From the NCBI RefSeq assembly GCF_040938485.1, contig NW_027270890.1, positions 6,572,001-6,636,000 on the forward strand: a DNA stretch of 64,000 nt. Direction: 5' to 3'. This DNA is from Diadema antillarum (taxonomy: Eukaryota). Positions 12,920 through 26,330 of this stretch are shown piece by piece. Below the pieces are notes generated by a model, which did not search any database, was not told where the DNA came from, and was given only the letters and a program-made list of their open reading frames with translations. A program made the position numbers and the translations under genes. Every line of letters begins with the position of its first letter. Positions within the stretch are counted from its first letter, which is position 1.

Positions 12920-14134
12920 CAATTTGTAACACGCATCTGTCATACTTAGTATTCTCTTCGTCTGATTTTGATTCACCTCCTTACATTATGCAGATCGAAT
13001 GTCCCAAGTGGACTTTGATCATTTGATTAATGTAGGAAGGACACAAGAACAAAGCAAGAAAGTTTCAGTAACTCTCAGAATGGATTTCTAGAGCACTTCT
13101 TTTCCACTATGCTACTTACTTACTTGCTTGTCCATAAAACATTAATACGGACATTTCTATTCCCTAAAAACAATCTTCACCCTCCGTAGGTATCCCAAAG
13201 GATTTCACAATTTCTTTTCATGACTCTGTGATCTCTTCCTCATTGTAAACATCCCCCTGTCTGTCTGTACGCTCATAACACGGCTATTGATTGTATTGTT
13301 GTATGCACTGTACTTGCATTTTAAACAACTCGCATTGTAAATGAATCAGCGTTTCGAGTGTAAACGTAGTAAAAAAAAATAACACACAGCTTGAGAAGAA
13401 ACGCGATCAACTCGTAATTTGGTGTGCTGATTTTTAAATCATTCTCGTGGTGTTTATTTTGTGTTATTGTAATTACCTCATGCATTATATTAAACTTAGA
13501 CTGAAATTTCAACTCGGAAATCATACAAGTGAAATATGCCTGATGATCGAAAAAGTAATGATGACACTACATTGTCAAGTTTAGACCATGTTAGAGTGTG
13601 GGGAGAAACCGAAGTATAGATCTGCGTTAAAACTGGAATTAGGCTCCTTTTCTTAAAATTGAAGTCATTGAAGGAAATCCATCTTCGTATAATCATGACG
13701 TCACGTCATCCAGTTCCTTCTTATTCCTCTGTTTGCAGTGCTTAACCCTCCCCAAACTAGTTTCATGGGACCCGCCAAAATCACGCCCCTGTATTAGACA
13801 GTATCTATTTGCACCCTATGTTCATGCAGACAAAAATCATTGATAACAACCAGAAAATATATGGACGTCAAAGTGAAAAACACAAAGGCAAGCACACTTC
13901 TACCACAACCAAACTAGTTGATACCGTCCTCAATGGAAAGCAGGAGAGAAAAAAAAATGAAACACACAGAGAAGATTTTCTCCTCGCTTTTAGAAAAAGC
14001 AACGTTTGTTTCCAGAGATAATGCTCTGAACATTTTCCAAATAAGGGTATAGTTTGCAGCTTTCACAATTTACTGGTGTGTTGAAAATAAAGGAGGTGAG
14101 AGTGGGGAGAGAAAGAGCTGAAAAAACCTTTTAG

Positions 14135-14275
14135 TGAGCATGCGCATTAAATTAGGATCAACCCACTTATCATATAAACGAATGCAAGGCTTTTCATGTC
14201 TCAAAGCGTCTCCTCCAAGAACTCGTTGAGGATCCACCATCGCCAAGAAACACTGAAATCATAACGAGGCTTAAG
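14135..14275 (+). promoter_or_regulatory. GPCR1 promoter and putative non-coding exon 1
   Basis: TGAGCATGCGCA at 14135, TATAAA at 14173, TTTTCA at 14191, donor AAG|GTAAGT at 14275/14276. Acceptor ttAG|GA at 18951-18952 after a long pyrimidine tract. Confidence 0.6.
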
Positions 14276-14943
14276 GTAAGTTCTCACACCTGTTTATATT
14301 TCACTTCGCCTACATAGAATGATGTTATACTATTCTAGCTGAAATAAGTATTTGTCAAATTCTTCGGCTTTTATTTCAGTTTGGATATGTATACTTTATA
14401 TTAGTATGTCACAATGATGAATATACGAAGGGTCTGTCATTACATTCGAAGTCCCATATCATGCATTTTTTTTTCAAAATCAAGTGAATTTATTAGTAAT
14501 TTTCTGCATCGAATATATATATCACAAATGAAATACAGTCATTTCTTTTTGTTTGCAAGACAAATAGAACATTAGAATGTACACAACAGTATGTACATCC
14601 TAATATAAAACTGAGATATCAGTGTACAGATTATAGAAAAGAATAAGAGGACACGTCAATCAGGAACCACTCGGGATAAAGTGAATTGAATGGTCTGCCT
14701 GAATTATGGCACATGTATTGGGTGTGTGAACGCAGAAGACTGTCGTCAAACAAGCATATAGCTTGAAGATACGACAGCCTTGAAAGAGAAGAAAAAATGG
14801 GGAAAACATACATCTTGTATACTTATCGAAAAGAAAAGAGAAAAAGATATCATGCAAAATGACAGATTCTTGGTAAGGTCTTTCGAGAAGGCATTATGTA
14901 GTTTAGACTGATGTAAGTTCTTCTCATTCATCCAGTCGAAGTA

Positions 14944-15327
14944 CAAGATCAAAGATAAGTTGAATCAAGAAACTGGAAATAAACTCACTAATGCAACGTT
15001 TCGCCAATTATCAATTGGCTTCTTCGGGCGAATGAAGCTCCCGATGATGGAATGGCCCTTAGATAGTGCGAGATTGTGCAGAGCGCACTGGACCTTGTCC
15101 AGCGCGCGAAAGACGGCTTGGGATTTTTTCGCAAAATGTTCGCAAAATCCCAAGCCGTCTTTCGCGCGCTGGACAAGGTCCAGTGCGCTCTGCACAATCT
15201 CGCACTATCTAAGGGCCATTCCATCATCGGGAGCTTCATTCGCCCGAAGAAGCCAATTGATAATTGGCGAAACGTTGCATTAGTGAGTTTATTTCCAGTT
15301 TCTTGATTCAACTAATCTTTGATCTTG
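14944..15327. repeat. Near-perfect inverted repeat: arms 14944-15127 and 15144-15327 (184 bp, 1 mismatch), 16-nt loop
   Basis: Base-by-base comparison gave a single mismatch at 14957/15314. This explains the mirrored 107-aa and 76-aa ORF pairs. Confidence 0.97.
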
Positions 15328-15961
15328 GCATTACACGTGTATGTAGTTCTCATGGAAAAGATCGTATTGTTATTACCAGAGCCACAGTAGGGAAAGAAGT
15401 ATTCAGGATGGGATTCGATTGTGTGATATGTTAATGACTATATTATGGCATTGCCGAAGTTTTAGTTATAACTCCTCAAAATGTTAACTTAAAATCAAAT
15501 AATATCTACATGTTTCAAAGTCAATTTCTGGCTGAAAAAAAAGTCTATTGTGCATTGAAAAGTAAAATTTCGTACACGTTGTATTCGTTTTTGTTGTTGT
15601 TGTTGTTGTTGTTGTTGAAAAGTTCAGTTGTTTTCTCCATCGACAGGACTGACAAATGAATTTATCACTAATTCAGAGAAATGTATTATTCACGAAGACA
15701 TAGTAAAATAATAATAATAATCATAATAATAGATAGCCGTCAACTATATCGCCTTCACTGACTACTATAGGAAAAGAAGTCTATCATAATTCCAGTTTTA
15801 TTTTGCGTCGGTTCGTTTATCTAAAAATGAACTGAGGTTCATTATTCTGAAACACTACAGCGCTATTTTGAATATTAATTAATCCGAAAAAAATGCGTAT
15901 ACTAACAAACATTCGGCATTACTAAGAAAAAAAAGAAGGTGCGTATCACATGTATCATGTT

Positions 15962-16665
15962 AACCGAAGCTTCGGAGTTATGATCCTTTGTTTTTCACAT
16001 TTAGATTAACGACCCCTATAGGAATAACAAGCCCCTCCTTTTTTTTTTTCATTTTGATTAACGAACCTTTGCAATTGCTAACCTTGCTATGTTTTCGGAT
16101 TAACGAACCTTGGAAAAATGAGCCCAGTGTATTTTTTTTTCTCGGTATGATGAAACCTTCGGAATAACAAACCTCCTCTCCCCCCCCCCCCAAAAAAAAA
16201 GACAAAAAAAAACACGAAAAAACGAAAAAACGAACTGTATAAGCCAACATTTCGAAGGGGCACTTTCCTGCTGACAGTGGTTTAGGCATTTCATCAAGAT
16301 TCAACTTCCAATAGAGTCTGCGTCAGTTGAATTACTATTCTATGGTGCGAGATAGATACTTGTTATGAGATTCACATAAGCGATAGTCAACTCGAGGATC
16401 GATTCGACTGATCTGCTACAGATCATTATTCCGAAGGTTAGTCCGAAAATGAAATTATGAAAAGTACCGTCATTCCGAGGAACCGTTAATCGCAAAACGA
16501 AACAAGGAACACAATTCCGAAGGTCTGTTTGTCCGCATTCTTTTTTTTTTTAAATTTCGCATTAACGGACCTTTGGAATACCAAACCTTGTTTTTAATAA
16601 TTGGATATACGAACGTTTGAAATAACAAATCATATTTCCTTTTCGGAATGACGAACATCCCCCTA
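15962..16665. repeat. Array of ~10 degenerate AACGAACCTTCGGAAT(A)AC units in both orientations; related fragment at 22068-22185
   Basis: The motif recurs near 16006, 16058, 16098, 16150, 16430, 16472, 16516, 16561, 16608 and 16641, separated by T/A-rich linkers. Confidence 0.75.
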
Positions 16666-17280
16666 TTGGACATGACAATCCTTTAAAAATGTGTTTATTG
16701 TAAACCAAGTTATTAGATTACAAAGTCAATCAACATACGACGTTTGTTTTTCCTTTTTATGATGTGATCACAAAATATCAAGTCCTCTTAGTTTGTTGTT
16801 GAGAGTCTGGAAATGAAAAATGGAATAATTGTGCTTTACAATATTAACCATGTCATGTCTGTCTATCGTGACCTTTATCAAGTACACATATGAAAAAAAA
16901 GGAAATCTGACAACAATTCTCTCTTACACTCCTCAACCTTGAGCATGTTGAGGATGAGTACTTGTTTTTTTTTCTTTCTTTTTTTTACATGAAACCATGG
17001 ATTGGTATCAAAGCTTTCTAGTATTTCAGCACATCTTAGAGAATGCTCAATAAAGCATGAACGTAGTGATTTTCTTATAAAGGAAGATGAACATTATGAT
17101 AAATACTGTTATCATAGATCTGTCAAACATTTTTTTCTGTCCTTTTTTGTCCTCTCATTTAGAATAACTTCTTTTACTAACATAATCTGAATAAAAAATT
17201 ACACTCATATGTTGAAAACATTCTGTACTATGACTGGTTGAAATACAGAAGGCTCTGGGAGTGCTGTTTTAGCTCACATA

Positions 17281-17552
17281 ATATACAATATATAACATAC
17301 AATATACAATAATTATACAATAAACAATATACAATATATTATACAGTATACAATATACAGTATACAATATACAATATACAGTATAAAATATGCAATATAG
17401 AATATACAATATGAACTATAATATACAATATATGATATACAGTTTACAATATACAATATGCAATATACAATAGACAATATACAATATACAATATGTAATA
17501 TACAGTATAATATACAAATATACAATACACAATATACAATGTACAATATACA
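17281..17552. repeat. Degenerate (AATATAC)n heptamer minisatellite
   Basis: Tandem 7-mer; it produces the YCI-repeat spurious ORFs. Confidence 0.95.
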
Positions 17553-18706
17553 GTTCGCATTCTAATATCACATCATATAAGAATACAGTGGGTAATGACC
17601 AGCACACTAAAAATCGATGCTGACGGTTCCTGTCATAATGCTCGTTTATAAGCATGTAATGATGAAAAGAATGGTATCAGGTGAGATCATCGGCAGATAA
17701 TTCTGTTTGAGAGCTGCAGCAGACACACCCACGTATTTAATCATGGAGGTTCATGGTTCAATTAACGCTAAATGCGAGATAGGAGATAGAAAAAAAAAAC
17801 AGTGGAAGGTACATTTTATATGAGAAACCTGGCAATATTAGCAAGGGTCTGAAAATCATATAAATGTGTGTGTGTATAAATATGTAAAATAGTCAAACCT
17901 GTCAACCTTGTTCAAGGGAGAAGAAAAAAGTGGCTCCTATACAGGATTAATCCGCCACTAAAACACTAAGACCCGTCGCTATAAGGCAGGTTAAAACATT
18001 TTGTTAAAAAGACACACCTTTTGGCTGCCAACTGCAAACTCGCAGCTTGTGATTCAAGACCATTAATCTGTTAAGTGATATGGAGAGCAATAACGCAACG
18101 CCCATATTGATTGTATTAATGTATATCGAATGCGATTTATTACTGATAGTGAGTAGGATAGAACGAAAGACAAGAATTAACAAACTATATAGGAAACAAG
18201 GACACTTCTCCCTTGGTTAATCTCTGAATGCATTAAACTAAAAGCCGCATGCAGTCTAAAATCCGATAGGATCGCTCTTGCACACAATTCAATCCGCAAG
18301 ATATGGCTTTAAAACGCACTCCATCTTAGGAAAGTACGCACGAACTTAACATTCTGCCATTATGTAAATTTCTAAAAGATATTCTGTAGGGCGTTAAGAA
18401 GCTGAAAGTGATTGCATTAATTCGCATGCAGACACAATATTACCAACCAATCCATTACCAAAATGCTTGGTCTGAGAACACGACGTCTTTGAATAAATTG
18501 AGAAGAATTTGCTATAAGGTATTAAATCCTGAGCATTCTTAAGCTCTTGAGTATACATTAATTTTCACGTTATTTCCTTTTTTCACGAAACATTGTAAAT
18601 TTTGGAGTTGATGAAAAAGTAACAAACACTGCAGACTCACTTCATTACAGCCAGATTAAAAATTACACATTAATAACGTTTCAAATCTACTCCTTTGATA
18701 TATATT

Positions 18707-18741
<35 letters not shown>

Positions 18742-19082
18742 ATACATATTATCATATGTAATATTGCTTCAATGAGTATCTGATACATTAAATTGTTGAA
18801 AAGTCATTTTGAACTTAATTAATTGAAGTGTTTTTCACAATTTTCATTTTCAACAGAGTATATAAGATTCCGCTCAAGGCAAAGTGGTGATTCACTCTCA
18901 CTTACCATAGTTTGGATATTTTTTTTTCTCTGTTTCCCATTCTGCCATTTAGGATATAACAGGCAGAATCTTCACTCTTGACGCAGACTCGAAAAATTTT
19001 GCCCAGCTTATATGAACACTGATTTTGATCATCCACAATTTCCAACGAATCACTGCAGCATCGGTGTATAGGATCGACAGGC

Positions 19083-20177
19083 ATGGACGTGGTACCGGTA
19101 TCGATTAACGAGGGTCTTGCTACAATGATGACAGACGAAATAAGTACGAAATTCACTCCGGTGAAGACACAGGGCAGTGGGTGGCTGTGGAGTGTGCAAT
19201 GGTCCTGGACGAATTCCATTCAGCTGATTTTTGCTGTGGTTGGGATTGTCGGCAATCTGCTCGTGATTCTTGCCTTGTTGAGACGAAAGGCGCTACGACA
19301 CTCGACAGATATCTTCATAGGTGCTCTGGCTCTAGCCGACTTTCTGACATCGGTCGTGATGATCCCTGTCCCACGGGCCCAAAAGGTACCCGACACTATT
19401 GCCGGTGCCTTGTACTGCAAAGTGGTGTACCCGAGCTATCTGATGTGGGTGTTCATCTTCTCGTCCGCCTACATCCTGGCGGGGATGTCCATGGAGAGGT
19501 TCGTTGCGGTAGTGTACCCACTACATTTCAACCGGCTCTTCACCAATACCCGAGTTTATGGCTACCTGTTCATCGTGCTCGTATGTGCCATTCCCGCTGC
19601 GGGGATCACCATGACTTTGCAGGTGATCGACGACGAATGCCGAGACACGAAGACAGCTCAGCTGAGAGTAGACTTGTCGATCTACCTCTTTACCTTCCGC
19701 GTTGCTGTTCCCGTGTTAGTCATGGTGATAACGCAGGTAATCACTACCATTTCACTTCATCGTCAGTCCAAGCAGCTCCAAGGAGCTCGCTCGACGTCGA
19801 AGGCCGACGCCCCCTCCTTTCACCTCACGGCCCGTAACCGCATAGTGAAAATGACGATGATCGTGGTCATCATCTTCGTACTCAGCCTCGGGCCGAATCA
19901 ATTGATGACCATGATTGCGGCTGTGAGGGGCACCCTGTCTACATTTTTGTTCAGTCCTTTGTACTACACCCTGACTTTCCTAGCCTTCGTCAACTCGTGT
20001 GCCAATCCCTTCATCTACGCCGCAAGATTCCCGAAATTCCGCAAAGCAGTGAAGGACATCTTCACGTCTGGTTTCTCCCGGAAGAACCTGCCGTTATTTG
20101 CCAACGGAGAGCAACCGTCTAACATGATGGCGTCAGAAAAAGACACTTCCTTATCCACTGTGTCCCAAGCGGTGTAA
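19083..20177 (+). CDS. Orphan class-A (rhodopsin-like) GPCR, copy 1, 364 aa, single coding exon; peptide-receptor-like (galanin/allatostatin-A/somatostatin-like by general appearance)
   Basis: Seven hydrophobic segments. GN in TM1, LALAD in TM2, TM3 Cys (LYCK), ERF at the DRY position, ECL2 Cys, P in TM5 and TM6, NSCANPFIY in TM7 and a basic helix 8. Confidence 0.95.
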   Translation: MDVVPVSINEGLATMMTDEISTKFTPVKTQGSGWLWSVQWSWTNSIQLIFAVVGIVGNLLVILALLRRKALRHSTDIFIGALALADFLTSVVMIPVPRAQKVPDTIAGALYCKVVYPSYLMWVFIFSSAYILAGMSMERFVAVVYPLHFNRLFTNTRVYGYLFIVLVCAIPAAGITMTLQVIDDECRDTKTAQLRVDLSIYLFTFRVAVPVLVMVITQVITTISLHRQSKQLQGARSTSKADAPSFHLTARNRIVKMTMIVVIIFVLSLGPNQLMTMIAAVRGTLSTFLFSPLYYTLTFLAFVNSCANPFIYAARFPKFRKAVKDIFTSGFSRKNLPLFANGEQPSNMMASEKDTSLSTVSQAV

Positions 20178-23100
20178 TGTCTTCTGTAGGTGATTCATGA
20201 CTGACGTTGCTGGTGTAGATAAGAACATTATTACCCAAGATAGCATGACTACAGGATAATCATGAACCCGTGAGTAATCTCTCTCCTTTGTGTCATAAAG
20301 TAATTATTTTAATATAACATTACATTACTGGCAAGAGAGAGAGAGAGAGAGAGAGAGCCTAGGAAGTATTAATCCTTTTTTTTGTTTCAATATTTAACGA
20401 ATCATCTTTTTTATGTGTGTTCTATGTGATACATGAAATATAATACACTGTGCCCTATCACCAAATTTTAGATAAAGACACTTTAGGTATTAGTACCTGC
20501 TAACGCAAAGCATGCAAGGTGCGTTTCATGAAGTGTCGATAATTGCAAGTACGTCAGTATAGGCTTACTATCTAAGATATTTTCTTGATTTGCTGAGCAA
20601 AAGCATAGAAACTGAAATTACACATTGATACATATTACACTTTCTCAAAGGTGCTGTATGAAACGAGATCCCGGTCTATTTGTTTATTAGACTGATGCTT
20701 GCCTCTGCAAGTGTTCTATATGTTCGTAGTATTCTCATATCTTATTTCCTGGTCACAGCTAGTGCAAGGTATACCGTCCTTCGATTGTTATCAGGTGATA
20801 CGCAGTTCTTTGAAGTCACGCATTTATTATGTCCATGTCAATATTGCGCCTTCTACACACGAATGATAAACCTGAAGTTGTCCTTTTTCTCAACAATATG
20901 TTATCTTATTTAAGCCTTGTGTTTATAATGAGGCATATTTCTACTGAAACGTATTGGCATAATATAATTGCGTATGATATTCTTTGTATTGTTACCACAA
21001 TTACATGGTCAAAGGAAAGATGAAGAACTAATAAAGTTGTGGAATAGCCTGTTACTTTAGCTACCCATGAAGATGGACTGAAAAAAGCATCATTTTTTAT
21101 ATCTTTATTTTATAGATTTCAACCCCTTGAAATATGAGAAAAAAAGGATCAGAGAAAGAAACAACTGGCAAACAAAAACAGAGTCTTAAGTCATAGGCAT
21201 TAACTCCATGAGATGCAATATCATCTCGAGCAAATTAAAAGTAGTTCTTTTCTGACTACGCCACGAATCTATTATCTCCGCAGCGAGTAAGAAAAATCTG
21301 AGTAATTCTAACATTCGGAAATACACAAATGACTGATATTTGACGTGACGTCATGTTTATCTAATGGGCATAAAATTGACAGAAAAATAAGAGGCATGCA
21401 TCAATTTGAATGGTATAATAGATTGATAGTTTGAAATTCTTTCCTTCATCAGAAAAAGGGATTGAAAGGGGAAATATATAAAGAGACTGAACACTTAAGA
21501 AGGGCAGTTCATATATTTTTTTTAATTTACCTCAGATCTGCCATTTTAGTTCACTTGAAGTGGAATATAGGTATTGAATGCAGCCAAAAGCTTGTAAGCA
21601 AAAAGGTTACATATCCTTATTTGCCTACTTTCAACAAAAACCTTCAATATTGAGAAGAAGTTGTAATTCTCTTGTTATTCTTTTGTATTTAAGTGTTACT
21701 GTCCAATTCATACACAATCTGACTATAATCTATACGGTGGAGATGATTGAGGACATTTCAAAGAATCAAATATCCTAAAACAAAATAGTGTAATTATTAT
21801 ACTAACAGCTGAATGCAACACTTTCTTTGTCATTTAAAAACAAAGTATGTCTAAGGCAATATTTCATTTTAATCTTCTGCTATCATTGTTTTTCTTTTGT
21901 TTTTTGTTTTTACGTTCACAAACTTCTGTAAGATCACTTTTGGGTATCAAACAGAAAAATAAAAAGCTTTTAAGTATAATGAACTATCCATGCATGAATC
22001 ATTGAGTACATGTATTTTATCTGTGACACTCTCAAAGCTGGCAACATTAAGACTAGTAGTGTTCGTTATTATGAAGGTTCGTTTATCCAAAAATGAAATA
22101 AGGTTGGATAGCCAGATATTTTGGTTTTGGCTTTATTCCGAAGTTCCGAAGGTTCGTTAATCAGAAGGTATATGTTCCGAAAAATTTAAAGAGGAAGGGG
22201 AAGAAAGATAAGGAGGAGGAGGAGGAAAAGGAGATGACGATAAAAGAATAATGACATGAAAGAACGAGCGTAGATCCGGTCATAACGATGATATCTGAAG
22301 CACGTTGCACACATAGGTACATGCCATTGTATACAGAGGTGTGAAATTGTTGTTACGGTAAGCCGCCATACCTGCAATTACTCAGGCACAGGCAGACCGA
22401 AAGGAGTGAATTTGTGACTGGTTGAATTGCCACCGCAATTAACGGATTTACAATAATGTCAAACATCTCCATGGAACCTCCCCCTATATTACACAGAAAG
22501 ACCTTGACTCCCAACTCAAAGCATCACGTAGTGAAATCTGGACGTGATCAATCTGTACTCTCCCCTCTCATTGATGAGAAGTCCGTGCGACCCCCTTTTT
22601 TCAGTCTATTTGTATTGATACCGTATGTCCCTCAAAAAGTTACAATCGGGCTTACTGCAACGAAACTTGGAAAATGGTGAATCACTCCAAATGCAATTTC
22701 AGGGTATAAAACTATAACTTATTACCTACATCTTACAGAAAACCTCATCCGATTTCCTTCTGTGGTCAAAGAGAAATTACAATCTTTGTAGAGCACGTCA
22801 AGAATTTCTTCCTTCTCAGTTTGTCCATTGTGTTCACAGTTCCAAGAGCATCCAAGTGCTGAACTTGGAAGAAACGGACCCATGACATGCTTTACAATGG
22901 TCCACATTTCTCTGAATCGGTTTTTCTGCAAAATTTAGGTAAAAAGCTATACTTTCATCCCCTAAGCTAGCACTCAGATTGTTCAATTATTTTGAACGTT
23001 TTCATTGCGGAAATCCGATTGTATTTTTTTTTTTTAGTTACTGATATGNNNNNNNNNNNNNNNNNNNNNNNNNNNNNNNNNNNNNNNNNNNNNNNNNNNN

Positions 23101-23543
23101 NNNNNNNNNNNNNNNNNNNNNNNNNNNNNNNNNNNNNNNNNNNNNNNNNNNNNNNNNNNNNNNNNNNNNNNNNNNNNNNNNNNNNNNNNNNNNNNNNNNN
23201 NNNNNNNNNNNNNNNNNNCAAAAGAAACAAACTTAACTACACTACTGCTACATACCGTACACTGTATACATCAAAGGTAGGGCCTTAACAATTTGGAAAA
23301 GGGGAGAGTATAACATAACCATATAAAAAGTGTCCAATTGGTGTGACAATGTAAAAGAAAAATAGATCTTATTGGATTCATGGGAGGAGAAAATTAAAGC
23401 ATGAGGATAAATTGTAAACAATTCGTTTGAATATATTCAGAGACGGAGACAGTTGTGCTGCAATAGGGAGTTTGTTGAAAAGAGAGCTACCGGTGTACAA
23501 AAATATTATGTATTATGTATATTATAGGCCTAATAAACATAGT

Positions 23544-23608
<65 letters not shown>

Positions 23609-23865
23609 ATAGTAACCAGTTCAGACAAGCAAGCTCGAATAGAAACGTTAAAAGTTTAAAGTTAAAAAAATACACACACCAATGCTGGCAGTTCCTAACG
23701 ACTAACAGTAAAGTCTTTTATTTTCAGTTACCCACAACTGCTCAAAATGGAGTTAGTACCTTCTAGAATCAAGTTATTCATCTGTAAGTACATTATGAAA
23801 GGACAGATGTTGTAGTGCTGACGTGGTGTGTTTTGTTTGCACCTTTACACATATCATTTCAAGTC

Positions 23866-23930
23866 AATTCAATTCAATTCAATTCAATTCAATTCAATTC
23901 AATTCAATTCAATTCAATTCAATTCAATTC
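23866..23930. repeat. (CAATT)n pentanucleotide microsatellite
   Basis: About 12-13 tandem units. Confidence 0.95.
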
Positions 23931-24753
23931 ACATTTATTTCGGATATTAAAACAAGGTAAATATTACAAGGATTCATTTGGGTAACACCTATAAGAAGCA
24001 AACGCTTGTCGGGTAAGGTGCACCCTATTGCAACTGTATAATAAACATAAATAATTCCGAGGCCTTCTAAAAAGTTTGTCCTTCCTCCTTTCTAAAATCA
24101 AATCCGTCGTCGCCAGACGATATAACATTTCAATGCAACCAATGTTTCAACAACTTATTTTCCCATATTGTAGAGGCTAACAATGTTTAGATTATCGAGA
24201 CGTGGAAATTAGTGTTCTTTTAAAATCTGCACTAGAAATTTTCTGGCATTCCACTATTTTCATTAAACTTTGACCTTGACTGCCGTGGAAATTCTTGTTA
24301 TTTTGTCATATGGCGTATGTAGAACAACGAGATGTCTTTCTTTTAAATTTACAATGTCGTGAACATAGAAATCTTGAAAGCAAAGAATCTCCCCTATGTC
24401 TCTTTCTCTCTTCACACGCAAATACACTGTATACCTGCGCTTCCCCGGGAGAACGGAGCATTTAATGCCACTGTTGTATAATACATAATCATAATAGTAC
24501 ATGTATTTACTTATTTCTCTCATCTTATTGCCATTCCCCAAATTTCAACCTGCATTTTCTCGATAATGTGAAATCCTCTAATGTCTAAATAGACACCGTA
24601 CATACACTGACAAATCAATGTAGGCCGATTGATGTTGATCTGCAGACAAATGGCTAAATAAAAGCATCCAAATGAACATCACCAACAAACGCGTTTATGT
24701 ATTCAAATGCTGTGAAGAAGGCCGCAGAATGTTTGTTACGGTATGTGTATGTA

Positions 24754-24788
<35 letters not shown>

Positions 24789-24993
24789 GGGGGGGGGAGG
24801 GAGGCGAGTTTGGGTGCATGGGGATCATGGAGTGTTACTATGATTACATACAACTCTCGTTGCAGCTTTTTAGGAGATAGAATAATATAGATCAGCGCCG
24901 TCACCAGTTAGCATGTGATTGAATGGAATAATAGTTGAAAACGTTAAAGAGACAAATTACCTCCCCTATGTCTTATGTCTCCTTAATAAAGTG

Positions 24994-25047
<54 letters not shown>

Positions 25048-26109
25048 CATCTTAATTGTGCATTAACTGTAGTGCTGCATATTATGTTTTGAACGTGTAA
25101 GTATAGTTAGGGCACTTGTTGAGGGAATGAGTCTGGAGAAAAACTATTCATGGAGAGTCTAAATGATTGATAAGCTCAACATTGCTTTGTTTTTCTAGAA
25201 TATTTGCTGGTTGGGCCGTATGTTGCAAGATCGAGAATTACGGGTATAAACAAGACGTTAATGTGAAACGAATAAGTGCTCTTTTTTAGGCTGCAACAAA
25301 TGCTCATGTAGGTCAATGTATTGGTCTTTTTGTAGCTGTTTTAGTTTTTCTAGTGATTGCGTCAAAAAACAACAGCATGTATTTTTTTAATTTTTGCGCT
25401 TAGCCGTTCGTATTTCGGTTATTTCGGGTCAGTGTAATAAAAAAAATGACTTTGATTACTTTACAAAAATTACATATATATATATATATTTTCTTCTTTT
25501 TTTTATATGTCCCTGTCGGGGCACAGAAAATTGTGAGCGTGCATTGTTTTTATATGTTTTTTTTTTCTCTCTATCGACCAGGAGAGAGAAGAATAATTCG
25601 TGGCTCACATATCTTCATGTATTTCAGCTAAACAATTTCAACGGTTTCTCTCCCCTCTCTCTCTCTCCTTCTTTCTCTCTCAAACTTTCCCTCTTTCTCT
25701 CTCAATCTCTCCTTCCCAATTTCTTTTTCATTTTTCCCTGTCAGCCTTTCTTCCTTCGCTGCCTCAGAAATGACCACAAAAATAATTTTCATCTCAACTG
25801 CCCTCAGAAAAAAAAACAAACGAATCACAACTGTTTGATTTCAAATAATTATGTCAACCTTACTTTGTGAACACTTATTCTGTGGAAGACGATTTTACCC
25901 CGTCGATTCGTGTATCCAAAAGTTCAACGATTCGAATTTCACAAAGATGTACATATTTAACATTTGACGCTACACACAGTTTTAGACAATTATTCAGATG
26001 TATTCAAATGAGAAACATTGACTCGTTCAATGGCTGCAAAAATGCATATTGTAAGGGCGCTGTAGAATGTTTAATTTTCATTTTTCTGATTTCTTGTACA
26101 GAAGATTAA

Positions 26110-26330
26110 CAATCGAGAAAAAGAATGAGTGAAGATAGTCTTGATAGTAATAGTTTGCAGATGGGAGGAAAGGAGAGTGTGATTAGTTCCTATCTGTTGG
26201 AGCAGGATGAAGGGGTGATAAGATCAAAGTTAAGCAAAAGATCAGCTTCTGTGGACATGTTTTGACTTTCATCAAGATGAGTCCATATACTGCAACAGAG
26301 TAAAATCATTACTGGTGGAATTTGTGATTA
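26110..26330 (-). mobile_element. Possible very degenerate CR1/L2 LINE C-terminal remnant
   Basis: Disrupted frames read ...LCCSIW... and ...ITLSFPPICKLL, loosely like the CR1 YC..IW and HT.PLF..L.IL region. The match is weak. Confidence 0.3.

Noticed and set aside
14960-15311. Twin 107-aa and 76-aa ORFs on opposite strands
   Set aside because: They are mirror products of the palindrome, with no recognisable domain.
15962-16665. CRISPR-like repeat/spacer appearance
   Set aside because: Units are degenerate and change orientation, linkers are low-complexity and irregular, there are no cas genes, and the context is eukaryotic.
18902-19837. Overlapping and antisense ORFs on the GPCR genes (e.g. 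19181-19837, and the recurring MSTGPSVARPGQES, MKTSIEYRAVC and MPPPRNAPR ORFs at copies 2-4)
   Set aside because: These are shadow frames of GC-rich coding sequence. They recur only because the GPCR DNA is duplicated, and their lengths and stops vary between copies.
22456-22680. ORF starting MSNISMEPP, superficially like a GPCR N-terminus
   Set aside because: It has no transmembrane segments and no alignment to the four paralogs, so there is no evidence for a fifth receptor or pseudogene.
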